Shown here: positions 25,309 through 37,990 of the stretch, piece by piece
Layout of the letters: each line of letters begins with the position of its first letter
Position numbering within the stretch: position 1 is the first letter of the stretch
NCBI RefSeq assembly: GCF_001194135.2
Contig: NC_069005.1
Location: forward strand, 9,388,152-9,446,814
DNA length: 58,663 nt
Direction: 5' to 3'
Source of the DNA: Octopus bimaculoides
Lineage: Eukaryota
Position numbers and translations under genes: made by a program
The notes under the pieces: model-generated
Database searches by the model: none
Seen by the model: the letters and a program-made list of their open reading frames with translations, nothing else
What the model was told of the DNA's origin: nothing

Positions 25309-25612
25309 GAGGGTGCATGGCCTAGTAGTCTAGTAGTTAGGGTGTTACACTCATGATCTAGCGATTGGGATTTCAATTCCCAGACTGGGTGGTGCATTGT
25401 GTTCTTGAGAAATACACTTCATCTTATGTTGCTCCGTGATTACTTCAATACCTGTTGTGTGGTACACCATGTACCTGTTCAGGTAATGTCGATTTGATAA
25501 AGAGAGTGAGCTAATGTGAAACACAGACATTTGGTCACTATAAATAAATCATTTGTGCAGGTCATTTGGCTAAAGCTGAATGTTCTTATGTTGCCTTCGA
25601 TAGGAGAGTCCA
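25309..25612 (+). mobile_element. tRNA/CORE-like SINE with a 3' tail different from family C
   Basis: Head TGGCCTAGT..., B-box-like GATTTCAATTCCC, TGTGTTCTTGAG core start, unrelated tail. Confidence 0.65.
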
Positions 25613-25634
25613 TCATATATATATAAGTTGTAAG

Positions 25635-26450
25635 TAAAGTGGCACTTGATAGATTAGACAGATTAAGAGACACCTGGATTGATTAAGTAGACTAGTGAGA
25701 CCCCATTCGGTCATGACTGACCAAGGGATTGTACCTAGAAAGTTACCCTCCCAGGCACAAGTCCAGGCAAGGTTGTTTAGGGAAGACCAGCAGTCGCCCA
25801 TGCATACCGGCCTCCCCTCTCCACACCGCTGATGTTATCCAAGGGAAAGGCAAAGGGGCCAATACAGCTTGGCGCCTGTGATGTCGGAATTCATTTCTAC
25901 AGCTGAGTGAACTGGAGCAACGTGAAATAAAGTGTCTTGCTCAAGAACACAACACACAGCCTGGTCCAGGATTCGAACTCACAACCTCACGATCATAAAT
26001 AGAGTAACACCTTGGTATTTTAAGTAGGCTAAAATGACACCTGGATAGATTAGATGGGTAATGTAATGACTGGATAGCTCAGGTAGGCTGTTACACCTGT
26101 ATAGATTAGGAGAGTAATGTGATACCTGTTTAGGTTAGACAGGCTATCTCACCTGGACAACTTAGGTAGACTCACAGCTGGATAGATTAGGTGGGTAATG
26201 TGACATCTGAATAGAGAAGGTAGGTTGTGACACCTGGATAACTAAGGTAGGTAATGTGACACCTGGATAGCTTAGATGAGGCTATCACACCTGGATCACT
26301 TTGGTAGACTGTTAAACCCGGATAATTAAAGTGGGTAATGTCACACCTGGATCAATTAGGTAGGCTGTCACACCTGAATGGATTAGGGATAAGCAAAATG
26401 ACTGATTGATCATTTAAGTAGGCAAAGTAGCACCCTGAAAGATCAGGTAG
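25635..26450. repeat. ~28-bp minisatellite (ACACCTGGATAG.TTAGGT.GG...) interrupted by a family C SINE
   Basis: At least 13 units at 26036-26390 and remnants at 25635-25698. Confidence 0.85.
25700..25996 (-). mobile_element. Family C SINE inserted into the ~28-bp minisatellite
   Basis: Reverse-complement match to 41960-42244. Confidence 0.9.
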
Positions 26451-27013
26451 GTATGTTGAAATTGCGATGTGGAATGAAAAAGGGACAAGTTAATAAATAA
26501 ATAAATAGATAAATAGAGTTTGCCATTTAGTGATTAGTCAGGATCCTATATTTGGCAGAGCTGATGCCAACCAATCTTTGATTATTAGGAAGTAATATAA
26601 TTTCAAGAGATGGTTGATAAGAGAATGGAAAACAATACGTACATACATACATGTAAATATATATCTATATATATATTTATGTGCATATATGTATACGCGC
26701 ACACACATATATGCATATGTTTATATATATATGCATACATACATACATACAAACACACATATATGTACTTATATGTATATATATATATATATAAGTATAC
26801 ATACACACACACACACACATATATATATGTATATATGTATATATAACTAAAATTCATGTGCATTTCCTATTAAATTAGGTATATGTTGATGTATCTGTAT
26901 CTATGCACATATATATATGAACATCTATATACATATCTATACATATATATATATATATTTATATATACAGACACACACACATTTGCAATTACATATATAT
27001 GTGTGTATATGTC

Positions 27014-27054
<41 letters not shown>

Positions 27055-27081
27055 GTACATATGTATATATGCCCATGAACA

Positions 27082-27114
<33 letters not shown>

Positions 27115-27219
27115 CCACACCTGAGTAGTTGAAAGAAATTTCTCCAGACATGCCTTTATCAAATTAAACATTATCTCTCTTAGAAGTTTTGGGTTTTGGT
27201 TCCTTCTCTACCACCAATT

Positions 27220-27333
27220 CCACACACCACCACCACCACCACCAACATTTATTACTGTGTATATTATTATCTATATTATTATTATTATTATCATTATTAT
27301 TATTATTACTCTATATATTGGTTAATAAAACGA

Positions 27334-27364
<31 letters not shown>

Positions 27365-28480
27365 TATTATTCCTTTCTATTCTAAAGTTATTATTGTTGT
27401 TATTGTTCTGCTGCTGTCAGTAGTGTATCGCTGGCCGGTTGGTGCTCATTAGATGTCTCTGCTGTCTTCTTCTTCTTCTTCTTATTCTTCAATTCTTCTT
27501 CTTCTTCTTCAATTCTTCTTCTTCTTCTTCAATTCTTCTTCTTCTTCAAACAACACAAGCACTCCTTCCTTCTCCCAGCTTCCCATTCTGCCATCCTCCC
27601 TATCCTCCCCCACCCCATCTCTCATCCTCCACCTCCACTATCTTCCTTTTCATTTTTCTTTCTTCTCAAACTTAATGGAATTTCAGGAGGTCGGTGCTGA
27701 TTACAATGGCTTGCAGTGTTCCTGCATCACACGCCTGCATCACTCGCGCACCAACGACGCTCGTCTTTCTTCACTGATTGGTCTGTATCGATGACAATTA
27801 TGACATGATGACGGTAATGATGGACAATGACAACAACAACAACAGTTTGTACTGTAGCACTGACAGTTCGCATCTTCGTCATCCTCATCATCATCATCAA
27901 TACTAACATTATCAACGTCCTCAACTAAATGCCCACCACCACCGCTAACACCACCACCACTACACAGTCATCTGTCAACACTTTCATGTGTCATATTTCA
28001 AACTAATCTCGTCCTTCAACCAGACATGCAACCACTACCACTACTACTACTACCCCAACCACCACAGACACCACCACCACTACAGCAACTACCACGACCA
28101 CCAACACTTCTACTACTACTACTACTAATACTACTACTACTACCCTACTACTACTACTACTGCTGGTGCCTCTACTACTACTACTACTACTACTACTACG
28201 ACAACCACTACTACCACTACCACTACTACTATTACCACACCATAACATCACAATAACCACTTCTCCCAGCACAATCAACACTACAGCTACCACCACTACT
28301 ACTACCAGACCTCAACTGTAACACAGCTACCACCACTACCACCGCTACTGATACTACATCACCTACCAGAACATCATCCACCATAGCTAATACAGTCACC
28401 ACCACAACCATTACTACTACTACTACTACTACCATTACCACCACCACCGCTACTACTGCTACTACTACTTTCCTTCCTTT
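27220..28480. repeat. Successive (CAC), (TTA), (TTC), (CAT) and (TAC/CAC) arrays around a short complex CpG-rich island
   Basis: Direct reading. Confidence 0.9.
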
Positions 28481-28855
28481 CCTTTTTCCTCTTACTTATA
28501 GCTTACTCACTGTCTTTCACCCTCTCTCTCTCTCTCTCTCCTTCTCTCCCTCTCTTTTTCTCTTCCCTTTATCATCATCATCTGTTCTCCTGTCTTGTGT
28601 AATTCGTCAAAATTTGAAATTGTGTCTTCGCGTTGCACTGGAAAAATTAACGCTGAATGTCCCCCCCCCCCACCACCACCACCACCAGCACCCNNNNNNN
28701 NNNNNNNNNNNNNNNNNNNNNNNNNNNNNNNNNNNNNNNNNNNNNNNNNNNNNNNNNNNNNACTCCTCCCCAAACTTTTTATTTCAAGCTTTCGAATTAC
28801 CAGGAAGATTAGTGATCATCGTTGAAGGGGGGGGGGGTTCTTGTGTGTACAACCA

Positions 28856-29010
28856 TGTCATCGTCATCCAATGTCCATTTTGCATGCTGCTATGGGTTGG
28901 ACAATTTGATCAAAGCTGGCAAACTACTATCAGGTTCCAGTCTGATTTGGCATGGCTTCCATGGCTGGAGGCCCTTCTGAATGTCAGCCACTTTGCAGAG
29001 GGTGTTGGGT
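28856..29010 (-). mobile_element. Family B 3' domain, diverged, continuing into a 24-bp minisatellite
   Basis: GGGTTGGACAATTTGA...CCAGTCTGATTTGGCA...GGGTGCATTTATGTG. Confidence 0.65.
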
Positions 29011-29522
29011 GCATTTATGTGGCACCACACGAGTGCATTTATGGGGTGCTGCATGGGTGCATTTACATGACCCTGCACTGGCACTTATATATGTCACTGC
29101 AGAAGTGCTTTTATGTGTCACTGGAGGGGCACTTTTATGTGTCGCTACAGGGGCACTATTATGTGTCGCTGTAAGGGCACTATTATGTGTCACTGCAGGG
29201 GCACTTTTATGTGTCGCTGCAGGGGGCGCTTTAATGTGTTGCTGTAAGGGCGCTTTTATATGTCGCTGCAAGGGCACTTTTATGTGTCGCTGCAGGGGCA
29301 CTTCTATGTGTCGCTACAGGGGCACTTTTATGTGTTGCTGCAGGGGCACTTTTATGTATCGATGCAGGGACGCATTTATGTCACTGCAGGGGCACTTTTA
29401 TGTGGCGCTGTAAGGGCATTTTTACATGTCACTGCACAAGTGCTTTTGTGTGTCATCGCACAGGGGATTTTACATGGCATTGCATAGGTGCCTTTGTGCA
29501 GCACCACTTTGAGTGCTTTACA
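29007..29522. repeat. 24-bp minisatellite, ~21 units, consensus GGGCACTTTTATGTGTCGCTGCAG
   Basis: Direct reading; it gives the 8-aa periodic ORFs (SLQGHFYV) in the track. Confidence 0.9.
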
Positions 29523-29544
29523 CAACCAGGAGGACCAGTCTTAA

Positions 29545-29719
29545 TATTTCTTAACAATTACATCAACTCTAGTAGTCAACTGGTACTTAATTTATTGACC
29601 CCAAAAGGGCAAAAGGTAAGATCGATCTTGGTGCAATTTGAACTGAGACCATAGCGATGGTCGAAATACCACTAAGCACTTCATCCACCATGCTAACAAT
29701 TCTACCAGTTTGCTCCCTT
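29545..29719 (-). mobile_element. Family E SINE, diverged
   Basis: CTGGTACTTAATTTATTGACCCC...TTTGAACTGAG...GAAATACCACTAAGCA. Confidence 0.75.
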
Positions 29720-30138
29720 ATTTTAACTAGAACAATAATACCAACAACATACACTATCGTTTCGCAGAATTTATAGAACATAGCACATAATATATATCAT
29801 CAGGCAGGCTATATATTTTGTGTATATATACAATATTTTAGGGTTCTTTTTTTGAAAATTCTATAACATTGAGCACAATTGTAATTATCTCTGGAAAAAC
29901 TTTTGTTAATTTTTGGAGCAAATTTCGACTAATTTCATCCAGAAGATACCAATTAATTGTTTGAATGTCTGTTATTTCGGAATTCAAATGAAAGTATTTC
30001 ATAGAAAATATTTGCAACTCAGTAGAAAAGTCATAGAAATAAAAAGAAAGAAATATGAAGTTTTTGTCTTCCTTTTTTTACCTGAAGACAATCAATTCTG
30101 TCTCCCATGGTATGATACGCACATACATTCATACATGC

Positions 30139-30182
<44 letters not shown>

Positions 30183-30455
30183 ATGTATGTATACACATAT
30201 ATATTCATATACAGTCGTATATATATTCACTTATGCATACTATTATATATACACACATACATATATGCATGTGACTATATATCTATATAAATATATATGT
30301 GTGTGTGTGTATATATGTTTGCATATATATACATGTATATGTGTATATATGCATGTATATAGATATGTATGTGCATATATCTGTGTGTGAATGTATATAT
30401 ACATATATATGTACATATATATGTATGTATATGAGCATTTGTTTGTAGGTGTGTG

Positions 30456-30511
<56 letters not shown>

Positions 30512-30512
30512 T

Positions 30513-30562
<50 letters not shown>

Positions 30563-30964
30563 ATCCACAAACACACATATATAAAACTACATACACAAAC
30601 ATGCACGCATGTGTATTACCAAAATTGTTTCATCCAATTTGCGTTGCTGCCGCTGTTTTGTTAGTAATAAAAGCAGAACGGTAAATGAAGATGGCATTAC
30701 TTATTGGACAGAATAAACGGCAATAGTTTTATAGGCAGTGACAAGCACACTATAGGTTTCTTGATTGGAACAGCGGCAGGGTCTGCTGTTGCTTTGATAT
30801 AAAACCTTCAGTTCTACTGTCTCCCCCACTGTCTACATCTGTGTGGGTGTCCCCCCTCCCCGTGACAAGGTCAGACAACTCAGGCTGACCTCATTACATT
30901 GATACATACCATGTACTACTATTGTTATTGTTGTTGTTGTATTCCTCAATAAAGTGAAAGTGTT

Positions 30965-31151
30965 AGGCTTGGTGGCTTAAAATGTTCAGCTCATGACCAT
31001 CCAGTCGATTCCCGGTGGTGGGTTGTCTTCTTGAGCAAGGCACTTTGTTTCTCATTGCTCCAGTTCACACAGCAGGCAAAAATGAGTTGTTGTTGTAATT
31101 CAAAGGGCCAACCTTGTCACATACTCTCATACTGAATCTCCCTGAGAACTA
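30965..31151 (+). mobile_element. Old CORE-type SINE whose 3' part resembles the family D tail
   Basis: CTTGAGCAAGGCACTT...GTAATTCAAAGGGCCAACCTTGTCAC...CTGAGAACTA. Confidence 0.6.
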
Positions 31152-31330
31152 CAAGGAAGTGCTGAAAAGTTCCTGGCTTTAAGGGTATCACAGAAGCCCT
31201 GACTGGAGGCCCAACCTTCTGAGTCCTTTAGAAAAACTGAAGGGCTACTGTAGTAGGTGTGTGAATCTGAGAGGGGAATATGTTGAATAAAATGCTAATT
31301 AACTGATCCTCCTGTATTTTCTTTTATTCC
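31152..31330. mobile_element. Non-autonomous mariner-type element, one end truncated
   Basis: TA-CAAGGAAGTGCTGAAAAGTTCCTGGCTT terminus shared with 44193. The internal part is the reverse complement of 44221-44471. It is inserted at the TA of a SINE tail (GAGAACTA). Confidence 0.7.
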
Positions 31331-31332
31331 TG

Positions 31333-31549
31333 ATGGTGCCATGTAAAATGCCCTTGTGCGGGTGCTATGAAAATAGCACTGAGCCTGTGATATGTAAAAA
31401 AGCACCCAGCACACTCTATAAAGTGGTTGGCATTGGGAAAGGTCTCCAGTCATAGAAACCATGCCAGATCTCTGGCTGGCTAGCTTCTGTCAAAGCATTC
31501 AACCCATGCCAGCATGGAAAACGGATGTTAAATGATAATGATGATGATG
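31333..31549 (+). mobile_element. Family B copy, diverged
   Basis: AAAGCACCC...AACCCATGCCAGCATGGAAAACGGATGTTAAATGATAATGATG. Confidence 0.75.
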
Positions 31550-33940
31550 TGGAAAATGCAATCCTTCTGATCATCTCACCCCTGAATATTTGCTGACTTA
31601 AGCCACAGCCACCCGTCAAACCCATGTCAACATGAACAATCGACATTTGACATAAAATGGTGACGACGATGATGATGATGACAAAATGGACATTTTTTTA
31701 GCATAACTGATTTGAAGCAGGCATTATTGATTCCTGACAAATTTATTTGAATCGTGACCGGGAACCCCTAGGGTGTAAGAAGTTGAGATCTGAGACACTT
31801 TTGCCTGAGTAGGGGTTTCTTCCTTGAAGACCTTCTGCAGTTCAGCTCTCCCAAGAGTTTCTTGTTACGATGNNNNNNNNNNNNNNNNNNNNNNNNNNNN
31901 NNNNNNNNNNNNNNNNNNNNNNNNNNNNNNNNNNNNNNNNNNNNNNNNNNNNNNNNNNNNNNNNNNNNNNNNNNNNNNNNNNNNNNNNNNNNNNNNNNNN
32001 NNNNNNNNNNNNNNNNNNNNNNNNNNNNNNNNNNNNNNNNNNNNNNNNNNNNNNNNNNNNNNNNNNNNNNNNNNNNNNNNNNNNNNNNNNNNNNNNNNNN
32101 NNNNNNNNNNNNNNNNNNNNNNNNNNNNNNNNNNNNNNNNNNNNNNNNNNNNNNNNNNNNNNNNNNNNNNNNNNNNNNNNNNNNNNNNNNNNNNNNNNNN
32201 NNNNNNNNNNNNNNNNNNNNNNNNNNNNNNNNNNNNNNNNNNNNNNNNNNNNNNNNNNNNNNNNNNNNNNNNNNNNNNNNNNNNNNNNNNNNNNNNNNNN
32301 NNNNNNNNNNNNNNNNNNNNNNNNNNNNNNNNNNNNNNNNNNNNNNNNNNNNNNNNNNNNNNNNNNNNNNNNNNNNNNNNNNNNNNNNNNNNNNNNNNNN
32401 NNNNNNNNNNNNNNNNNNNNNNNNNNNNNNNNNNNNNNNNNNNNNNNNNNNNNNNNNNNNNNNNNNNNNNNNNNNNNNNNNNNNNNNNNNNNNNNNNNNN
32501 NNNNNNNNNNNNNNNNNNNNNNNNNNNNNNNNNNNNNNNNNNNNNNNNNNNNNNNNNNNNNNNNNNNNNNNNNNNNNNNNNNNNNNNNNNNNNNNNNNNN
32601 NNNNNNNNNNNNNNNNNNNNNNNNNNNNNNNNNNNNNNNNNNNNNNNNNNNNNNNNNNNNNNNNNNNNNNNNNNNNNNNNNNNNNNNNNNNNNNNNNNNN
32701 NNNNNNNNNNNNNNNNNNNNNNNNNNNNNNNNNNNNNNNNNNNNNNNNNNNNNNNNNNNNNNNNNNNNNNNNNNNNNNNNNNNNNNNNNNNNNNNNNNNN
32801 NNNNNNNNNNNNNNNNNNNNNNNNNTATATATATATATATATATATACATATATGTATATATATATATGTGTGTATATATATGTATATATATATATGTAT
32901 ATATATATTGGGGAGGTATGTTTCATGTGACCCGAACTTTTCGCATCACATACTACAGTGAATAACCTCAGGCTGTAAACTTAATATCTACAGAAGTTAC
33001 CTAAAACCAAAGTAAAAAAAACAAAACAAAACAAAAAGAAATATATAAATGATAAATGTGAAGTAAAAATTTCAAAGATCAGAATCAGATACAGGGGAAA
33101 AAAAAAAAAATCCCCTGAAAAAAACAAACAAAGCAAAACAAAACAAGCAAAAATTATATATATAATAAAAAAAAAAAAAAAATTAAGATCGAGTAATTTT
33201 TGGTTTGTTTACTAATCGATAGCAATCCATAAAAAAATTATATAGGCTTTGTAGTATCACTAGTTTATGTGACAATGGAGAGGACATTGAAGCTATTAAT
33301 CAATAATTGAAACGATAAAGTGTGATCAAAAATAGTGGCTCCTAATTTGTTGTCGGTTGGAGACAAATAACGATATTGGGGTAATTATGGTTTTATGGCT
33401 TAGATAGTCGAGAGAGAGAGAGATGGAGTGTGTGTGTGTGTGTGTGTAATGTATGTGTGACCCAGGATTGGTTGGAACAAAGGAAGGAAGAGAGGTAATC
33501 TTAGACCGAAAGCTCTCTTGTGAATACTTGTTACTGAATGAACTCAGCTCTGTAATAATGTCGAAGGATGCACATGTGGCTGTCGGCTGTCGTTGTTGTC
33601 ATCATTTTCATTGTCAGCGTTGACGTCCTCATTGTCAATTATAATCATCGTCATTATCATCACTGATGTCGACATCAGCATCATGAGCATCGTTATCATG
33701 AACATCATCATCATCATCATCATCATGACCACTACCATCATCATCATCATCATCATTATCACTGCCACTATCATCACCATCCCCACCACTACCACTATCA
33801 CCATCATCACTATCATTATCGTCATCCAAAAAAAACCCTACTTATTTCTGTTGAGGGCTTAAATGCTCCAATATTAAACCATTTTCTTTAGTCATGGTGA
33901 TTCCTTATAAGCTCTAAGCTTATAAAATATTACTATCATT

Positions 33941-34222
33941 ATCATCATCATCATCGTTTAACGTCCGCTTTCCATGCTAGCATGGGTTGGACGATTTGAC
34001 AGAGGACTGGTGAAACCAGATGGCTACACCAGGCTCCAATCTGATTTGGCAGAGTTTCTACAGCTGGATGCCCTTCCTAACGCTAACCACTCAGAGAGTG
34101 TAGTGGGTGCTTTTACGTGTCACCCGCACGAAGGCCAGTCAGGCGGTACTGGCAACGACCACGCTCAAAACGTTGTATTTTATGTGCCATCCACACAAGA
34201 GCCAGTCCAGGGGCACTGGCAA
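33941..34222 (-). mobile_element. Family B copy with two internal modules
   Basis: Matches 17050-17310. Confidence 0.9.
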
Positions 34223-34478
34223 TATAACCCAGTAGATGTGCAACATACACACACACAGACACATTTATAAGTACTTGCACACACATATATGCGTATGTAG
34301 ATATATAACGGTAATTGTACATATAGGCACATTGACATAAACATGTATATAAACGCATTTATAAAAGTATAAACATATATATGTGAACATGTGTGCATGT
34401 GCGTATTATTCGTTTATTCTTTTACACGTTTAAGCTCAAAGGCTGTGGCCATGCTGGCGTACCATCAGTGTAATCACC

Positions 34479-34536
<58 letters not shown>

Positions 34537-35441
34537 NNNNNNNNNNNNNNNNNNNNNNNNNNNNNNNNNNNNNNNNNNNNNNNNNNNNNNNNNNNNNNNN
34601 NNNNNNNNNNNNNNNNNNNNNNNNNNNNNNNNNNNNNNNNNNNNNNNNNNNNNNNNNNNNNNNNNNNNNNNNNNNNNNNNNNNNNNNNNNNNNNNNNNNN
34701 NNNNNNNNNNNNNNNNNNNNNNNNNNNNNNNNNNNNNNNNNNNNNNNNNNNNNNNNNNNNNNNNNNNNNNNNNNNNNNNNNNNNNNNNNNNNNNNNNNNN
34801 NNNNNNNNNNNNNNNNNNNNNNNNNNNNNNNNNNNNNNNNNNNNNNNNNNNNNNNNNNNNNNNNNNNNNNNNNNNNNNNNNNNNNNNNNNNNNNNNNNNN
34901 NNNNNNNNNNNNNNNNNNNNNNNNNNNNNNNNNNNNNNNNNNNNNNNNNNNNNNNNNNNNNNNNNNNNNNNNNNNNNNNNNNNNNNNNNNNNNNNNNNNN
35001 NNNNNNNNNNNNNNNNNNNNNNNNNNNNNNNNNNNNNNNNNNNNNNNNNNNNNNNNNNNNNNNNNNNNNNNNNNNNNNNNNNNNNNNNNNNNNNNNNNNN
35101 NNNNNNNNNNNNNNNNNNNNNNNNNNNNNNNNNNNNNNNNNNNNNNNNNNNNNNNNNNNNNNNNNNNNNNNNNNNNNNNNNNNNNNNNNNNNNNNNNNNN
35201 NNNNNNNNNNNNNNNNNNNNNNNNNNNNNNNNNNNNTACCAAAAACACACTTCAAAGGATGTGTTTGTGAATGAAGAAAATAAACTAAAAATTTCTTAAG
35301 AAGACGTAAGACATATTTGTGAAAACACTTTGACGATGTCTATAAATGTATGTTCGTTTGAGTGTGTGTTTATGTATATGTCTATATCTTTTCAACTTTT
35401 TCTCTCTCTGTCACGACATATTCATACAGGCATACATACAC

Positions 35442-35488
<47 letters not shown>

Positions 35489-35771
35489 CTCATAAATGTA
35501 TATATATGTATATATATTCATATAGCTACTCATATATATGTGTATATAATTATACATATATATATATTTATGTATATGTGTGTATATATGTATGTGTGTA
35601 TACGTATGTATAAACATATATATATATATGTATATATACCTGTATATATGTGTACATATATGTATATACTTGTATATATGTGTGTGTGTATATATATATG
35701 TGTGTGTGTGTGTATGTGTGTATGTGAGTGTCTGTGTATATGTACATATTCATATGTTTATACTGATATAT

Positions 35772-35811
<40 letters not shown>

Positions 35812-36016
35812 TTGTAGATGTATATATGTGTGCACATACATATAGATATATACATATATATATATGTGTATGTATATAGGTTGATAGATATATACACAGT
35901 TTATGTGCTGGTTAAAAGTGTCAATAACTATTGATGTAAGTAGTATGCTTCTATTGTTATGTGTGTATGTGTATGCAAATATGTATACATGCACACGTGC
36001 ACACACACTCACCACT

Positions 36017-36060
<44 letters not shown>

Positions 36061-36599
36061 CGCACATACATATCACAAAGATTCACACATGTGCATGAAT
36101 ACACGATTCATTGTTTGCCCTAAAGTTGAGCGAAAATCCGAAATTCCTCCATTGTTCCTGTTGTTGTAAACACCTGTGGGTTTTTAGACTTGTTTATTGG
36201 AAACAAGTTTCTACATCTGATCAACATTATCTCCACAGCAACATAAAGCACACATACACACACACACTAACACATACACTAACACGCACAAATGCATGCA
36301 AGCTTGTATCAATGTCTTGGTGTGTGTGTGTGTGTGTGTAAGGGACAGAGGGATATTGGAAGAGAAGAGACAATTTGATAGCGAAAGATGAGAATTGCAG
36401 CTGTTAGACAAAGTGACGCTATTGGAAACAGAAATCCATGCATCCATCTATAGATGCACACTTACACACATGCACATAATATCCTCTTCTGCGCTTTGGT
36501 ATACAACATATCTCAACATATCTCAGAAAACAAGGTATTTTTCATTGAAAATTCTCAATAAATAATTAGAAAATTAGAAAGAGCCATCATATCAATATG

Positions 36600-36634
<35 letters not shown>

Positions 36635-37371
36635 NNNNNNNNNNNNNNNNNNNNNNNNNNNNNNNNNNNNNNNNNNNNNNNNNNNNNNNNNNNNNNNNNN
36701 NNNNNNNNNNNNNNNNNNNNNNNNNNNNNNNNNNNNNNNNNNNNNNNNNNNNNNNNNNNNNNNNNNNNNNNNNNNNNNNNNNNNNNNNNNNNNNNNNNNN
36801 NNNNNNNNNNNNNNNNNNNNNNNNNNNNNNNNNNNNNNNNNNNNNNNNNNNNNNNNNNNNNNNNNNNNNNNNNNNNNNNNNNNNNNNNNNNNNNNNNNNN
36901 NNNNNNNNNNNNNNNNNNNNNNNNNNNNNNNNNNNNNNNNNNTGTATGTATGTATGTATTTATATTTCATCTCTGTAGTGAAATGTTATGAAGTGTTCCT
37001 CTTATGATCCTTTGTGGTTCAGCATTGAGTTGTACTTGGAACAATATTGCCAGGTGTCATTGAATATAAATTACAGGTAGGTACACCTGAAAAGCAAATA
37101 GGAACCCATTAAAAAAGAGCAATGGCATCAGGTATGAACTTAAAGTAAGCTGTGATTTGGTATTGATTGAAAATTTACACACAGGTATGCGGTGTAGTTA
37201 GTTCTCCACTAAAATGAAACTATGTAGTTAAGTAGCAATGAATGACATGTTTGTAGTTAAGCACTTATTAAATATAAATAGTGCAGTCTGCTATAAAGTG
37301 AAAATAAACAGATTGGTACCCATTAAAAATAGATAATATTGACAAGGACCCATTAAAATTCAACAAGGCAT

Positions 37372-37731
37372 ATGTGGTAAGTAGCTTGCTTACCAACCAC
37401 ATGGCTTTAGTCGAGCAAATCGACCCCAGGACTTATTCTTTGTAAGCCTAGTATTTATTCTATCGGTCACTTTTGCTGAACTGCTAAGTTACGGGGAATG
37501 CAGACACACCACCATTGGTTGTCGAGCGATGTTGGGGGGACAAACACAGACAAACAAGCATATACACACACATACTTCTTTCAGTTTCTGTCTACCAAAT
37601 CCACTCACAAGGCTTTGGTCAGCCCAAGGCTATAGTAGAAGACACTTGCCCATGGTGCCACACAGTGGGACTGAACCCGGAACTATGTGGTTCGTATGCA
37701 AGCTACTTACCACACAGCCACTCCTATGCCT
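37372..37731 (-). mobile_element. Family A SINE (minus, 37403-37731) joined to a plus-strand family A head (37372-37402)
   Basis: Head sequence present at both ends in inverted orientation. Confidence 0.8.
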
Positions 37732-37814
37732 ATCAGTAAAAATAAAGTGTAGATTGGTACTCTCTAAAAATAAAGAGTGCAGGTAGGTGCCGATTAAAAA
37801 TATATGTGGTGGCA

Positions 37815-37990
37815 TATTACCTGAAGGTTAGGGTGTAGGACTCAAGACTGTAAGATTGTGGTTTCAATTGCTGGACCAGGCAGTGCATTGTATTCTTGAG
37901 CAAAACACTTCATTTCACATTGCTTCAGTCCACTCAGCTGGGAAAAGTGAGTAATCTTGTACCGCACCAGCATTCCATCCAGGTAGTAAG
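37815..37990 (+). mobile_element. Old CORE-type SINE
   Basis: GGTTTCAATTGC, TTCTTGAGCAAAACACTT...CAGTCCACTCAGCTG. Confidence 0.65.

Noticed and set aside
28952-29487. ORFs with 8-aa periodicity and a CRISPR-like look
   Set aside because: This is a contiguous 24-bp tandem repeat with no unique spacers and no cas genes, in a eukaryotic context.
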